Shown here: one piece after another, positions 9,751-22,128 of the stretch
How positions within the stretch are numbered: the first letter of the stretch is position 1
How the letters are laid out: every line of letters begins with the position of its first letter
Assembly: GCF_016433145.1 (NCBI RefSeq)
Contig: NC_058132.1
Location: forward strand, 624,756,837 to 624,820,836
Origin: Gracilinanus agilis
Taxonomy: Eukaryota
DNA: 64,000 nt
Reading direction: 5' to 3'
Notes under the pieces: model-generated
What the model was told of the DNA's origin: nothing
Seen by the model: only the letters and a program-made list of their open reading frames with translations
Database searches by the model: none
Position numbers and translations under genes: made by a program

Positions 9751-10199
9751 TTTATAACTAAAGTCACTAGGGAAAATAGGATTTGCCTTATAGTCCACTT
9801 AGCTAGAGAACAGTCATTAAAATGGAAAATACCTTAGATGTTTTCCAGGCATAGACAAGCCCATCAAATAGAAAGGATGTATAAGATTCCCCTTTCATGG
9901 GAGCTGAGAGTATGCTTCTTAGATCTTTTTCCTAACAACCACTGAAAATAAAGAGAATCTGAGATTCTGACTATGACTAATTTAAGCCCTAACAACAGTA
10001 TACAATTTATGACATGCGTGCCCTTCTTTTCCTGAAACCACCCTAAAATACATCTATGAAAAACAGAAACAAAAGAGTAAGGATCGTTATGAAAAATGAA
10101 GCTGGAGTTAAAGCTAGATGGAGGTTAACTAAAGATATTTGCCACTTGAAGCTGAAAGGAGGAGGAAAAAGTCATTCCAGCAAATGAAAAGAAACAATA

Positions 10200-10620
10200 C
10201 ACTTGAATAGGCTGAAGTTGGGCTGTTACTTGGCGACTTGGTCTCTTTGATGGCAAAGGGTAACTCCCTAGCAGAGCCAAAAGCTTTAATGGAGCTGCTT
10301 AAATAGCACTTTTGCCTGATCCAAGTCACATGGGTGGGGGCTGAAACACGACAAGGATGCTAGCCAACTTTTCGGTGCATTGCATTGCCAAGGAAGAAAC
10401 TGCAGGGAAAGCCGCCAACGTGCGGAAGGCCCTCTCTCTCCTGTCCTTTTGTCCCAAGGAAAGGACTTTTGGCAGGACTGCTGCCTTCCTGAGACCACCA
10501 AAGAAGAAAGGTAAATGGAAATGACCAAGGCAGGAGCCGATGATTAGGGACAACACGGAGTCATCTGTCACTTCCCTGGAAAGTCCAAAGGGAAGAAAGG
10601 ATGTTGGTACCGTTGACTTG
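10200..10620. promoter_or_regulatory. Enhancer-like non-repeat island
   Basis: About 9 CpGs in 400 bp; CTTTGAT (TCF/LEF) at 10245; ACGTG at 10418; AGCCGCC at 10410. Confidence 0.4.
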
Positions 10621-10949
10621 CTCTTCTCCAAGGAAAAGTTTTTTGTTTGTTTAATTAAAAAAAAAAGATTCAGACAATTTATTTTTAAAAGATTAAAGGT
10701 TCTGAAAGGAAATGGAAGAAAAAAAATAAAAGCACTGATTTCTGTAGTAATTAATGGTATCTGGATTAAGTAGATACTAGCATCTACTGGTCAATTCAGT
10801 TTGACTGGTTCTCAGTCTATCTACTGACCCAGGGTTACTGTTGGCCAAAAAGATACGCCAAATGGTGACACAGTTAAGGCAGTAAGCGCATGCCTTGATG
10901 GAGGTGGGAAATAGAAGGCAGGCAAGAAGGGGGGGGGAAAAAACAACTA

Positions 10950-11085
10950 ATTTACCAGTATTTATTAAGCACCTACTATGTTCCAGGCATTATGCTACAT
11001 TCTGGGAATCCAAAGATAAAGAAGGAAACAATTCCCACTCGCTCAGAGCTACTTTCTAAAGAGAAGGGACAAGTACATATATAAA
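10950..11085 (-). mobile_element. L2 3' end
   Basis: TATTTATTAAGCACCTACTATGTTCCAGGCATTATGCTA. Confidence 0.7.
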
Positions 11086-11265
11086 TTCAAAAAAATACAA
11101 AGTACATATACTTGTGTGTATTTATCAAGTATATATTTGAATTTTTATATTTGTTGTGTATATATTTATATAAATGTATATATTTTAATATCTATTTTAT
11201 ATATGTACTATATATATTTAGATACAGACAGATAGATATAGATAAAGAGATAGACACACACATTA
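11086..11265. repeat. Degenerate (TA)n/(GATA)n low-complexity tract
   Basis: Visible TA-rich periodicity. Confidence 0.85.
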
Positions 11266-11839
11266 AATATAACTTAGTTGGGAGGGAGGGCACTTGGTAT
11301 TAAGGGAGGTCAGTACCTCCCAGAGGGTGATGGGCAGCAGGGTTTGAATTTGGATTTGGCTTGGCCTGACAAGTGCAGCTGCTTCCATTCCTCCACTCCA
11401 AAGAGCTCTGGCTTGGATGTTGGGACACCAGGGGTCTTGTCTTATCTCAGCCACCAACTATGCTGCCATAAGCAAATCCCTCTATCCCTGTGGGGCTTGG
11501 GTTTCTCTACCTTCAAATCGGGAGCCTGGGCTAGAAATCTCACTTCCATTTGACAAGCATTGATTTCTTAGCTGTCTTCTATTTTATGAGAATTTAAGAG
11601 GTGTCTTGAGGGCAAAGGCTGTTTGGTCTTTGTTTTTAAAGTCCCCGATGCCTTGCACATGCTAGGCGCTTTAATAAGCATGTGCTGCTCTGATCTGGGT
11701 AGGATTCAGCAAATAATCTTCCAAGTTCTTGCCAAATCCAACATTTTGCGACAAAAGCTGATCCCCCCCTCAAATCTCTTTCTTTCATTTCTGTGAAACA
11801 CACGACATCCCCGAAGTATAGCCCAAAGGAAGGCAAAAT

Positions 11840-12220
11840 ATGTGTTTATGTGTCTGTGTGCAGGTGCTATAGACATACACACATATGTAATATAAATGTA
11901 AGTGAAACACATATAAATACAGTTATAATTCAAATGATTTAATGTTTATGTGTGTATATATACACTTGCTTTGCTTTCATTTAAGTTACACTTATGGAAG
12001 GTTATGTGTGGTGCAGAAATGGAAAAGATTTTATATACACATACACACATAAAACACGTAATATATAGACAGGTGTTTTATTTATGTATTCCACATATAT
12101 GCATATGTGCTATACATGTACAAATATATGGGTATTGGTTGTATACACATGTGTTGTATATGTATTGATTATATATAGAGAGAGCATTATATGCATACAT
12201 ATAAGTATAAATACACGTGA
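11840..12220. repeat. Degenerate (TA/TG/CA)n low-complexity tract
   Basis: Alternating purine-pyrimidine runs. Confidence 0.8.
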
Positions 12221-14809
12221 AACATTACCTATCTCTTTTCTGTAGAATTACACAGGTTGAAGAATATAATCATTTCATCTTAATAGGTAAAAAACAAAAT
12301 CTATTCTACAGAAGGACAGAATGTTTGTTGAAATCAATCTTCCCATTTTTAAATAAATTTTTTCCAGATTATGCATCCATTTCTTAATATTTGTTTTCTG
12401 ATATTTTGCAATCCATGCTTGCGCTCTCTCTCTCTCTCTCTCCCTCCCAAAGAAGGCAGGTAATATAAGATAGGAGGTATATCTATATTGATCTATTTAT
12501 TTACATTATCATAATTGAAAGCAAGCTTAAAGAACATCCAGTTCACCCCCTTCATTTGACATCCACAGTCCCATAGCCAAAGGCAATAACAACAACAACA
12601 ATAATAATACTGACAATGCCCTTTAAGGTCTACAAAAGCATTTAATCTCATCTGCTCTACCCAAAGCCAACCCCGGGGATTCTGATTTCCCGACTCCATG
12701 GTCTGGGGCTCTTTCCAGCTTATTGTCCGTAGAATGGCTCACAGGTTGGGAAGAGCCGCCTGACCAGTCTTTGGTCCTTGGATGTCTCTAGGGGGTGCTT
12801 CTGCCCCTTCTCACGCCACCATCCCACCCCGGGGCCCCTTTGCCTCCAAGTCTATTGCACATTTCACCTCAGTTTTTCCTTCACTTTCAGAAATGTGCAC
12901 CATCCATCCAACCATGGGTCCTCCCTGTCTGGGTCTCTGATGCACCCACGCTGTACTTACATGAAAAGCACAACCCCGCATACAACGCATGGCCTCTCCC
13001 TGTGCGTGCCCCTTTTCTAATCTGGAAGCCAAGGATCAATGAAGTTCCTTCCCATCCCAATACTTCCTTCATTAGACAGCAAATGGAGGTTTCTGTTGTT
13101 TAGGTTCTCCCTGGAATGCTCTCCAGAATGGCTTCAAGAAAAAAAAAAGTCTTTTTTTTTTTTCTGCATCTAAGTCATCGTCTGGATACCCCATTGTTTC
13201 TTATCAACAAACGTCAATGTTTCCTTAACAACATATAAAAACAGTTCCCAGGACAAGTGTTTTAATAGGGGGTGCTAGGACTGGAGCAAGCTGAGGTAAG
13301 GATCGTTAACGTCCATGACATCACTGTTGGCAGCGGCAGAAAAGGGGAAACCTGTGTTTAATCTATTTCCTACTCACCACAAGCTTTAGCTGGAGTCCCC
13401 TAGAATATGGTTTGTGGTTGACTTTATGGAAGAATTGGGTAATGCAAGAAGAATGTACTGAACCCAATAAGCATCTTTAAAAGTTACTAGAAGGTACCTC
13501 TGACAAGTGGTATCTGCTAGACATCTGTTCTGGGGATTCATGGAGATAAGGCTAATGTTGGGTCCAGCTGGCAGGGCTTTGGGTATTCGAATAGCCCAAA
13601 CACACAAAAGCTAGACTGAAACTCCTAGTGCTTTTGAGGCTTACTCCTAGACTTCCCCCATGGCACACACCTCATTTACATGTCCTGAAAAACATAACTT
13701 TAAAACCACAGGCTAAAGGTTTCAGCCTTCATCTCCATTCCAGCCTTCAGGGGGGTACCAAGGGAGAAATGTTGGGAGGGGGATACAAGAGCTAGGCCTC
13801 TTTGATGTTAAATAAATTATCCTAAAGACCAGGGTTGTCCAGACAATGGAAAAACACTATCTCAAGCCAACTGAATCTTGTTTTAAAATATGTCCAGGGA
13901 ATACACAAAAATGTATGCGCCCTAAAAATCCTCATCTTTCCTTTTCAAAGAATATGAGATAAAATACAACCAAGATTTATTAGCTGTGGGGAAAACACAA
14001 CTGGGCTACCTTAAGAAGCAGTTTGGAAAACAAGTTTCACTTTACCAATCCCTCTGGATCACTAAGGTCCAAAGGTAGGTGGGGCTTGCTAAATGGGTCA
14101 AGTTAATGATAAGCTATAATTTGGGGTACCGTGAAGTAGTGACTATAAACTTGTGCTTCCTTTGTATTATTACTGCCACAATTTTTTTAAAAGTTCCTTC
14201 TGAAGAAATTATAATTGAAAAAGTTTGGCAACAACTCCCCCTGTCATCCCCCAAAAACCCACAATAAAAATGGAAACACAGTGATCTAATTGGGATACCA
14301 AAAACAGCTCTGAGCCAAATCACATTCCATTCAAATCTTTGGAAAATTTGAGTTTCCAAACCACGACAAGACAACTTGTACCAACTCTTCCCCAATCTCT
14401 CTGTCTTCAGGGGATCAAGACATGAAATTGTCCTAAAAATTCCTTTTTTTTTTTCTTGTGACACTTGAAAATGGTCAAAAGAAGAAAATAAGATGCTGGA
14501 AGTCCTAACAATTCAGGGGGAATCCACTAGCAAGAAGCAACTCAATTGCAGGGGTGAAAGATGAAGAGGGGGCACCTCAAAGGAAGAAAAAGAAAGTTCT
14601 TTTCAAAAGAAGATTCAGGAGGGGAATATTATAGATCCCAAAGAAAAGGCAACTGGAAGTCAGAGATCTAAGGGAAGTGTATACCATGGTACAATTTTAT
14701 ACAAAAGAGCCGCCTACCCACAAAGGGGATATCAAGAGGTGATACGTTAAATATTACGACAGACAGCATTAGCCTAGCTTTAAGGAACTCTTAAAATTAA
14801 TGCCTTCCA

Positions 14810-14990
14810 CAGAAATCCTTTGAAAGGCCACTTCTCTTGCTTTCACAGAAGAAAATAAAAAAACGTGCCCTTAGCAGTCTTACACTGACGTCACAAGTCG
14901 GCAAAGAATGAATGCCACATGAAAGAATTCCCAAAGATTTCTTATGAATAGACTTAAATGGATGCTCAGTGAATTACTCATGTACTATTT
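14810..14990. promoter_or_regulatory. Candidate signal-responsive enhancer
   Basis: CCTTTGAA 14817-14824, ACGTG 14863-14867, perfect CRE TGACGTCA 14886-14893, GAATGAATGC about 14906, TTACTCA about 14974; non-repeat sequence. Confidence 0.5.
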
Positions 14991-15899
14991 GCAGGTTCCC
15001 AAGCAGAGCTAATAATATTTTGGGAGGAATTGGGTGTTTTGGGTGGGCTTTTTTTTCCCCAAAAAACTCCCGATAGGAAGAGACTGCTCCAGAGGGTAAC
15101 GTAGTCAATGCTGTATGACTAACTTTGTAAAAAGATTGAAATTGCTGCCAGATGCAGGCCTAATTGTTCTCAGCTGGGGGAGTGCGAATCAAATCTAAAA
15201 GATGGACTGAAATCATTGATAATGTACTTATTGTTTACAGCTTTAAGGACCTTCTGAGCAGAAGTGGGATAGAAATTTCAAGGTCTGTACAAACTCTTTT
15301 TCTTTTTTTAACCTCTAGTCAGGAAGGAAGGGTCTCCCAATTTATACCAGTCCTGACCCATGATTTGCCCATACAAAGCCTCTAGTTCTTCTTTGAAGAT
15401 TTATTTTCATTAGACTTCTGGAATTCTTTTTTGACTGTTAGCTGTTGTCTAAACTTTTCTTTAATCTGAGAAACAGCATTCACTCAAAGGTCCCCGAAAA
15501 TCATTCTGAATTAAACACTATCCTGCTTTTCTGGTGCTAAGTAGGTTGCCTAGCAGGGCTTGAGGTACCCTAAGGACATCACACTGGCGGCTGGTGCCAA
15601 ATGAGGGCATTTCTTTAGCTAGAATTTTCTCTTAAAGGAATATTTAGAAATGATCCTGAGATGATCCCAACGTACCTGGGATCCTCAAAGGCATTTCTAC
15701 ACCTCCTCGAGTGCCACCCAGGAGTATCGTGGCATCCTTTGACCAATTGTGGGCCAAGTTGAATTTATTATTCCTATAGGAAGACCTTTGATCTGCCAGA
15801 TCTCCTTACTGAGGGCCTCTGATAGTGGTGGAAATACAACTTACTGAAAATAGCAGAGTTATTGAACTGGATAGATAAGGATAATAACGGTGAAAAGGA

Positions 15900-16090
15900 C
15901 TCGAGCTGGCATTTTTTATAGAACTTCCAGATTTATATGGTGCTTTCTCATTTGATCTTCACCTCATTAGGTGAGTTGGTACTATTGGTATAGCCTCATT
16001 TTACAGAAGAGAAAACTGAGGTTCAGAAAAGGTGGAGGACTCATGGGACTTGCCAATGGACACACGGCTAACTGGCTAAGTGTCCAATGT
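15900..16090 (-). mobile_element. MIR/Mar1 CORE-SINE
   Basis: CTCATTTTACAGAAGAGAAAACTGAGGTTCAGA core. Confidence 0.7.
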
Positions 16091-16326
16091 GGGAGAGAGT
16101 CAGAGCACCAAAGGACTAGCCCAGCGAAGGTCAAAAAGGCTTACCAGAAGGCATAGCCATGGCAAGGAATAGAAAGAGGATGATATTTGACTTGCACGTA
16201 GTGGGAACTGAAAATGTTTTCTGAATTAAATCAAGTAATTTTTAAAAATCTAATCTTCACAGGCTACAGAAAATGTCTAAATCACAAGAGCTGGAAAAGA
16301 GAGCACCCACCGCTATGTAAAAGATC

Positions 16327-16474
16327 NNNNNNNNNNNNNNNNNNNNNNNNNNNNNNNNNNNNNNNNNNNNNNNNNNNNNNNNNNNNNNNNNNNNNNNNNN
16401 NNNNNNNNNNNNNNNNNNNNNNNNNNNNNNNNNNNNNNNNNNNNNNNNNNNNNNNNNNNNNNNNNNNNNNNNNN
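16327..16474. other. Assembly gap (148 N)
   Basis: N run. Confidence 1.
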
Positions 16475-16756
16475 TCAGAGAAGTACCTAACTGGGGGGAA
16501 TTTGGAGGTTCATGGTAGGCTCTGATAGAAGAAAGGAGGGTGAACTACCTGGGCTTTGTATTATGACCTTACTTATAATAGGATGCTGACAAAGGGTTAA
16601 TTTAGTCATTTGTGCATTTGTTTCAAGCTTTTTCTTTTCTGTTTTGGTTTTTTTTTCCCCTCAGTGATGCTTATAAATGCTGGATTCTTGGGAAAATAGT
16701 GATACTCATCAAAAACAAGGAAGCGGGGAAGGGAGGCAACTTTGGGGGAAGATGTC

Positions 16757-17092
16757 TAGTTGTGCTTTAAATGTATTGGGTTTGAGTTACATACAAGACA
16801 TCCCTTGGAAAATGTCCAGTGTATAATAAGAAATCTTGAACCCTTGGACTCCATCTCCCAGAATTATTTTTCTCATCCCAAAATTCCTTCTCCTCTCTCC
16901 CCAACATTGCATCCTCATGTATTGTTAATAAGTTTATTGTAAGCCCGGCCTCGCTCTTCTCTTGCATGTGCAGTCTGGGAAGTTTATTTCCTTTATTTAG
17001 GTTGTTACTTTCCTTTTGCTTCAAGTTATTATTAATAAACTTTATAAAAATATAATTCTTGGAGTATCTGGATATCAATTTTTAATCTTACA
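16757..17092 (+). mobile_element. Solo LTR, same family as 1506-1791; start approximate
   Basis: GGACTCCATCTCCCAGAATT...ATTATTAATAAACTTTATAAAAATATA...GGATATCAATTTTTAATCTTACA. Confidence 0.7.
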
Positions 17093-17129
17093 CAGGTGAG
17101 GAGGGAGTGCAGGAGCTTGGACAGAAAAC

Positions 17130-17660
17130 TAGAGCTGGACAGGTTGAGCTAGGAGTCATCCAGCAGGACATACCTGAACCCATGAGGGTTGATGAGATCA
17201 CCCAGCAAGAGGATACAGAGAAGGAAGAGAAGAGAGTCTAGGACCAAGCATTGGGCTACACTCACAGTAAAGGATGGGGCAAGAGTGATCATCCAAAGGG
17301 GTCCAAGAAGAACCACATGCCCCTGATGTAGCTTACATTTTCCAGGATAGATCTTCCAATGGCAAGAGCTTAAAAGGTCCTTCATCATTCCTGGTTGTCC
17401 TCTACTGTACTTTCTTTGACTTATCAATGATTCCTCCCTATAGTATGGTGCCCAAAACTTTATACAATATCTTAAGTATAGTTTTACCGGGGCAGAATAC
17501 AACAGGACTGTCATCTTCCTTCAGTCTCAAAATCTCATTAGTTTTTTTGATTGCTGTAATTGAGCTTACATTCAACTAAAATCTCTAGATCTCTTACATA
17601 CAAGCTCCTTTCTAATCCCCATCATATTCTTATAAAGTTGATTTTTTGAACCCCAGTATG
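17130..17660 (-). mobile_element. L2 fragment (about 17130-17330) next to a CR1/L3 fragment (about 17340-17660)
   Basis: GAACCCATGAGGGTTGATGAGATCACCC (L2); TATGGTGCCCAAAACTTTATACAATATC...GGGGCAGAATACAACAGGAC (CR1 reverse). Confidence 0.6.
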
Positions 17661-18699
17661 AGATTTTACATTTATCCCTGGTGGATGCCTCACTTTGTGG
17701 AACAAAAAAGCTCTGCAGGAAGGATGATTGCATAAACAATGTCAAGGTTCATTACATGAATACAGAGAGAAAACCTAAGGGAATAAATCTCTTGTCTGTA
17801 ATAAATGCTGACTTGGGGAAGTAAAGATCTAAGTGAGCCACCATAGGCTGCTGCTAATACCACACTTCATGGCACACATGTTTCCATCGCTCCTAATAAA
17901 CACAAATTTTTTTTGCTAATAAAAGTGCTCCAGGATTTAAGATATTGGCCACAGAAAGAATACATAGATTTCCAAATGGCTAATTCAAAGATTCCCAGAT
18001 TAAGTACTAACGGAATAGCCAGCAAGAAAAGATAAACTTTAAACTCAACCATGGGAACAGTTGGAATGATGTCACGCAAAGAAAACAATAGCTGCTATTC
18101 TCTCCAGACTATAGCCCCAGACACTGACAAAATGAATTCAAAATACTACTTAACCACATAATTACACCATTACTATCAAACAGTGACAGGCTACAATTAG
18201 CACTTAATTAACAACCCTAAGATGAGCTTCCCTTAAACCAGGTTCAAAAATGCCTCAAGTTTTGTTTTGTTTTGTTTTTTCCCAGAATAATCAGGTCACA
18301 AATGGGCAATCTATTTGTATGACCTAATTCTGCCACCTTCTACCAGGAAAATGGGAAGTTGTATTCCATGTTAGTTCCCATTTTAAAGACAAAGCTAAGG
18401 TTTCAGACTAGGCCCTAGTACCCATAGATACTGTGATCAGTTTTTTGTTTATCTCTTCCTACACGAGCTTCCCTTTGAAATTCTTACCACACACCATGTA
18501 CATAGCTCTAGGACATAATATCTGATTTTTTCTAGATAAGGGGCTTATTAACAAAATAAGAATAATGGAAATATATTAAATACACAGATGTAGAATTTTT
18601 TATAATAATAATCTCCTAAATCTCCCTGCAACAAGGAAGTCTGGCTCCCTTCCTGAAGTCTTCCCTCTGAAGAAATTGGTGTAGAGGGAAATTTAAGCA

Positions 18700-19030
18700 T
18701 CCTCCAAGATACCAGGGTCCTGTCATCTTGGGCATCTTGCCATCTGCTCTGCCACTTGGCTCTCAGATCTTCTCATCAACAACATCACCCCTCCAAATCC
18801 TAGTCTCTGGAAGTCATTCTCTTCTCTCCTTCTGCTCTGTGAATACATTTAATTTTGAGACTTGCCCTGGGGTTGGATTAGAGGGTGAGTCACTCCTCAT
18901 CACAGTCCAATATATCTAGCTGGTCCAACCATACTTCATTCCAACTACCATTCACCAGGTCACTAAGGCCAAATCAACATGGGCATTTCACCATCTGCCC
19001 TGTCACCATGCCCATACCTCTGAAGACTTC
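18700..19030 (+). mobile_element. L2 fragment
   Basis: CCACTTGGCTCTCAGATCTTCTCATCAACAAC...CATGGGCATTTCACCATCTGCCCTGTCACC. Confidence 0.5.
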
Positions 19031-20069
19031 ACCCCCTTTCATCTCTTGCTCAGGAAACAATAATTAAATGAATAGCGCTTTGCTAATATAAGAGGTCACA
19101 AAAAAAAAAAAAGCTCGTGCCCTATGGCTCCATTCATAATTGCTGTAACTTCCTAGAACAAAGCTCTTTTTACCCAGCTACTGCCCAGACCCTTCTTCCC
19201 ATATATGAAGACTTAAGATGTCTGGATATTAGAAAAATGAAATAGATTTCTAGATTTCCCCAGAAATCTATCAAAAGACTATGCCATTTTCAATATTCCC
19301 TTTTCTTATTTCCTTGGGTGAAAACAAGAGAGGTGAAGAGTGGGAAAAAAAGGAAATGGAAATGATAAGCATAATTCACATTAGTCCTGAAATTAAAAAT
19401 CCAGGAAGATCTTAAAAGGTTACTTTGTCTAAATTTTTATGTTCTCGGTCCAGAAGAGCAGTGGTATTTGCTCAAGCTCATAGATGCTGGAGATGAAAAG
19501 AAAAAATGTCATCCTCACCTCAGTGAAATAAATATATCTCATCTAACATATTCAACCTACACCAGAGATTCCAATTTGATATTTCTGCTCTAACAATCTG
19601 AGGATAGCAAGAACTAATAACCAAATCAACCCTAAGGATAAGCAGAAAAAATGAAAACAAAAAGCTAGAAAACTCAAACAATGTATTTTCTTTTAAATGC
19701 ACTGGAAAAAAAACACTAGGACTGGAAAATGTCCTTTTCTAGTAAAGTCAGTAATTATTTTGGGGAAGGAGGATGTTTTTTCTACAAGACCTAGATGTGA
19801 CAGAAGGAACTCAGAAGTCATCTAGTTTAGCCGATATCTGAACACAAATCCCAATGCGTGGTCATTCAAGGAGGTAGAGAGAAGCCACTACCATCTGAGA
19901 TATCCAATTTCACTTTTTGATACTTTAAATTGTTAAGATGTTTTTCTTTTTTTTTTTTTACATCAAGGCTCAGGATGAGTCTTACAACTTTTCCCTTTGC
20001 TCCTAATTTCCTGGTTGTCTCCCCTAGGGATAAGCCAACTAACCCTAGTCCTTCTTTCACAAGGTAGTT

Positions 20070-20290
20070 TGTCCTTCAAATACTTTGAAGATAGTCCTTC
20101 TCCAGGCTAAAAATTTTCATTTCTTTCAAATGATACTCATATGACTTGATAAAAATGCCCTTCATCATCTTGTTTGTCCTTCCCTGGACCCTGGTCAGAG
20201 CTTATTAATGACCCTACTAAAACGCGATCCTGAGAGCTGAACAGGGTACTGTAGATGTGGTCTTACCAGGGAAGAGTAAAAAAGGGAGGC
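20070..20290 (-). mobile_element. CR1/L3 fragment
   Basis: CTTCTCCAGGCTAAA...CTGAACAGGGTACTGTAGATGTGGTCTTACCAGG. Confidence 0.6.
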
Positions 20291-20296
20291 AAGAAC

Positions 20297-20297
<1 letters not shown>

Positions 20298-20327
<30 letters not shown>

Positions 20328-20366
20328 TATATATGTATATATATGTATGTATGTATGTATGTATAT
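20298..20366. repeat. (TA)n(CA)n(TATG)n compound microsatellite
   Basis: Direct reading. Confidence 0.95.
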
Positions 20367-20989
20367 CCAGATGGGAGTTAATTCTGTGCAGAATGTGAGA
20401 AACTGCACTTGGAAGGAGAAGACCTGAGTGCAAATCCCAGTTCTGCCCATTATGACTAATGTGATCTTGGCTGACTTCACATCACTTCTCTCGACTGGTT
20501 TCCTCACTGGTCAGATGAGGTTAGACTAGATGGCTAATCCCTTCCTGCTCAATTGATTTTGAAGCGTAGATAACCTTAACATCCCATGCACTAATAAAAT
20601 GAAGCACAGCCATCTAGAATTCGGTCCATTTCATCCAATGCTGAGGGGACACAGACAGGAAAAGATGAGGAAAAGGGGCAGAAACAGAGGCAGAAAGCGG
20701 GAAAGACAGCAGAGATGAGAGAGCAAACGTGTGACCAATGGAAAGACCAAATAGTTTCTAGAAAGAAGAAATAATAACTCAGGAAGGATGCAAAGAATTA
20801 TTGCTTTCTGCTCAATAAGGGAGACATTCAGGGGGGGAAAAAACCATGAAAGGAAGAGATGGATACCAAGGCTGGAAAGATAAGTTGTGAATAACTTTAA
20901 ATACCAAATAGAGGAATTTCTATTTGATACTGGAATTAGTAAAGAACCATTAGAACTAATTGAACAGTGAAGAAGACCTATGTTTTGGG

Positions 20990-21061
20990 GAAATCACTAT
21001 AATAGCTGTTGGAGAAGAGCAAGATGGAGAAATCACTATAATAGCTGTTGGAGAAGAGCAA
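20990..21061. repeat. 33-bp direct duplication with 39-bp period
   Basis: GAAATCACTATAATAGCTGTTGGAGAAGAGCAA at 20990-21022 and 21029-21061. Confidence 0.95.
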
Positions 21062-21942
21062 ACTATCTTTTAAGGACTTCATTTAATACTTCCTTCAGCA
21101 CTAAAGGAAACCTAGCCAAGTAGATACTAAGAGAAAATTGAAATAGTCTTTGATCTCGATGTGCTTCCATTGTGTTGGGGGGAGGAATTTGTAACACAAA
21201 TATGTAGGTATATTATATATACATATTGACATATGCACTTATCTATACATATGAATATATGTGTCTATATATATATATGTCCACACACTATTCTTTAAAT
21301 GAAGAGATGGTTTTTGTCTTAGTGCTCCCAGTGTCCAGCACAGTCCCTAGGAAACAGTAAGTCCTTAATATATTCTGATTGAATTGAATGGAAAGAGAAG
21401 AAGAATGATGAGCCACAAAAGGAGAGAAATGAGGTCCAAATGGAATGGGAAGGTGAGAACTCTAAAGTGCATCATCACAAAAGTCACCAAAGAAGGGGGT
21501 ATTCAGAACAAGGTGGTGGTCCTGATCCAACCCCGAAGAGAAGTCAATGGGAATGAGGGCAGAACAGAAGTCAAATGATAATGACTGTGGAGAGAGGCCA
21601 TTCCCATCAATTTCTCCATCCATAAAATCAGATTCATTTAGCATTCTCTGGGCAAAATGAACCTTATTTAAAACCCAGTACACCAAACTACTCCTTACAC
21701 TTGCCCTTAAAGAATTAGAAGCAAAATGGCTTATTCTTTGTCAAGCAAATGAGATAATATTTGTAAAGCCTTTAGCACAGTGCCTAGCACCTAAGTCCTC
21801 TATAAATACTTATTTCCTCCCTCCTTGCCCCAGTCACTGGGTATTTGTTTTCAGCTCAACTAAAATAACACAAAACCATCAAAGTATCTATCCAGGATAA
21901 GTTCCATTATAAAAAAAATCTTATAAGAAATCTAAAATTATT

Positions 21943-22128
21943 GGGGTAACTAGATGGCTCAGTAGAGAGAGAACCAGGAGGTCTTGGGTTCAAATATGAC
22001 CTTAGATACTTCCTACCTGTTTGACCCTGGGCAAGTCACCTAATTCCCCCAAATTGCTTATCCCTTACTGCTCTTCTGTCTTGGAACCAATTCTAAGACA
22101 GAAGGTAAGGGTCTTTATAAAAATAAAA
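21943..22128 (+). mobile_element. Opossum CORE-SINE with partial TSD
   Basis: GGGGTAACTAGATGGCTCAG...GGGTTCAAAT...TGACCCTGGGCAAGTCAC...AAGGTAAGGG; AAGAAATCTAAA on both flanks. Confidence 0.85.

Noticed and set aside
16214-16525. ORF spanning the first gap (also those at 51180-51465)
   Set aside because: Open only because of N runs
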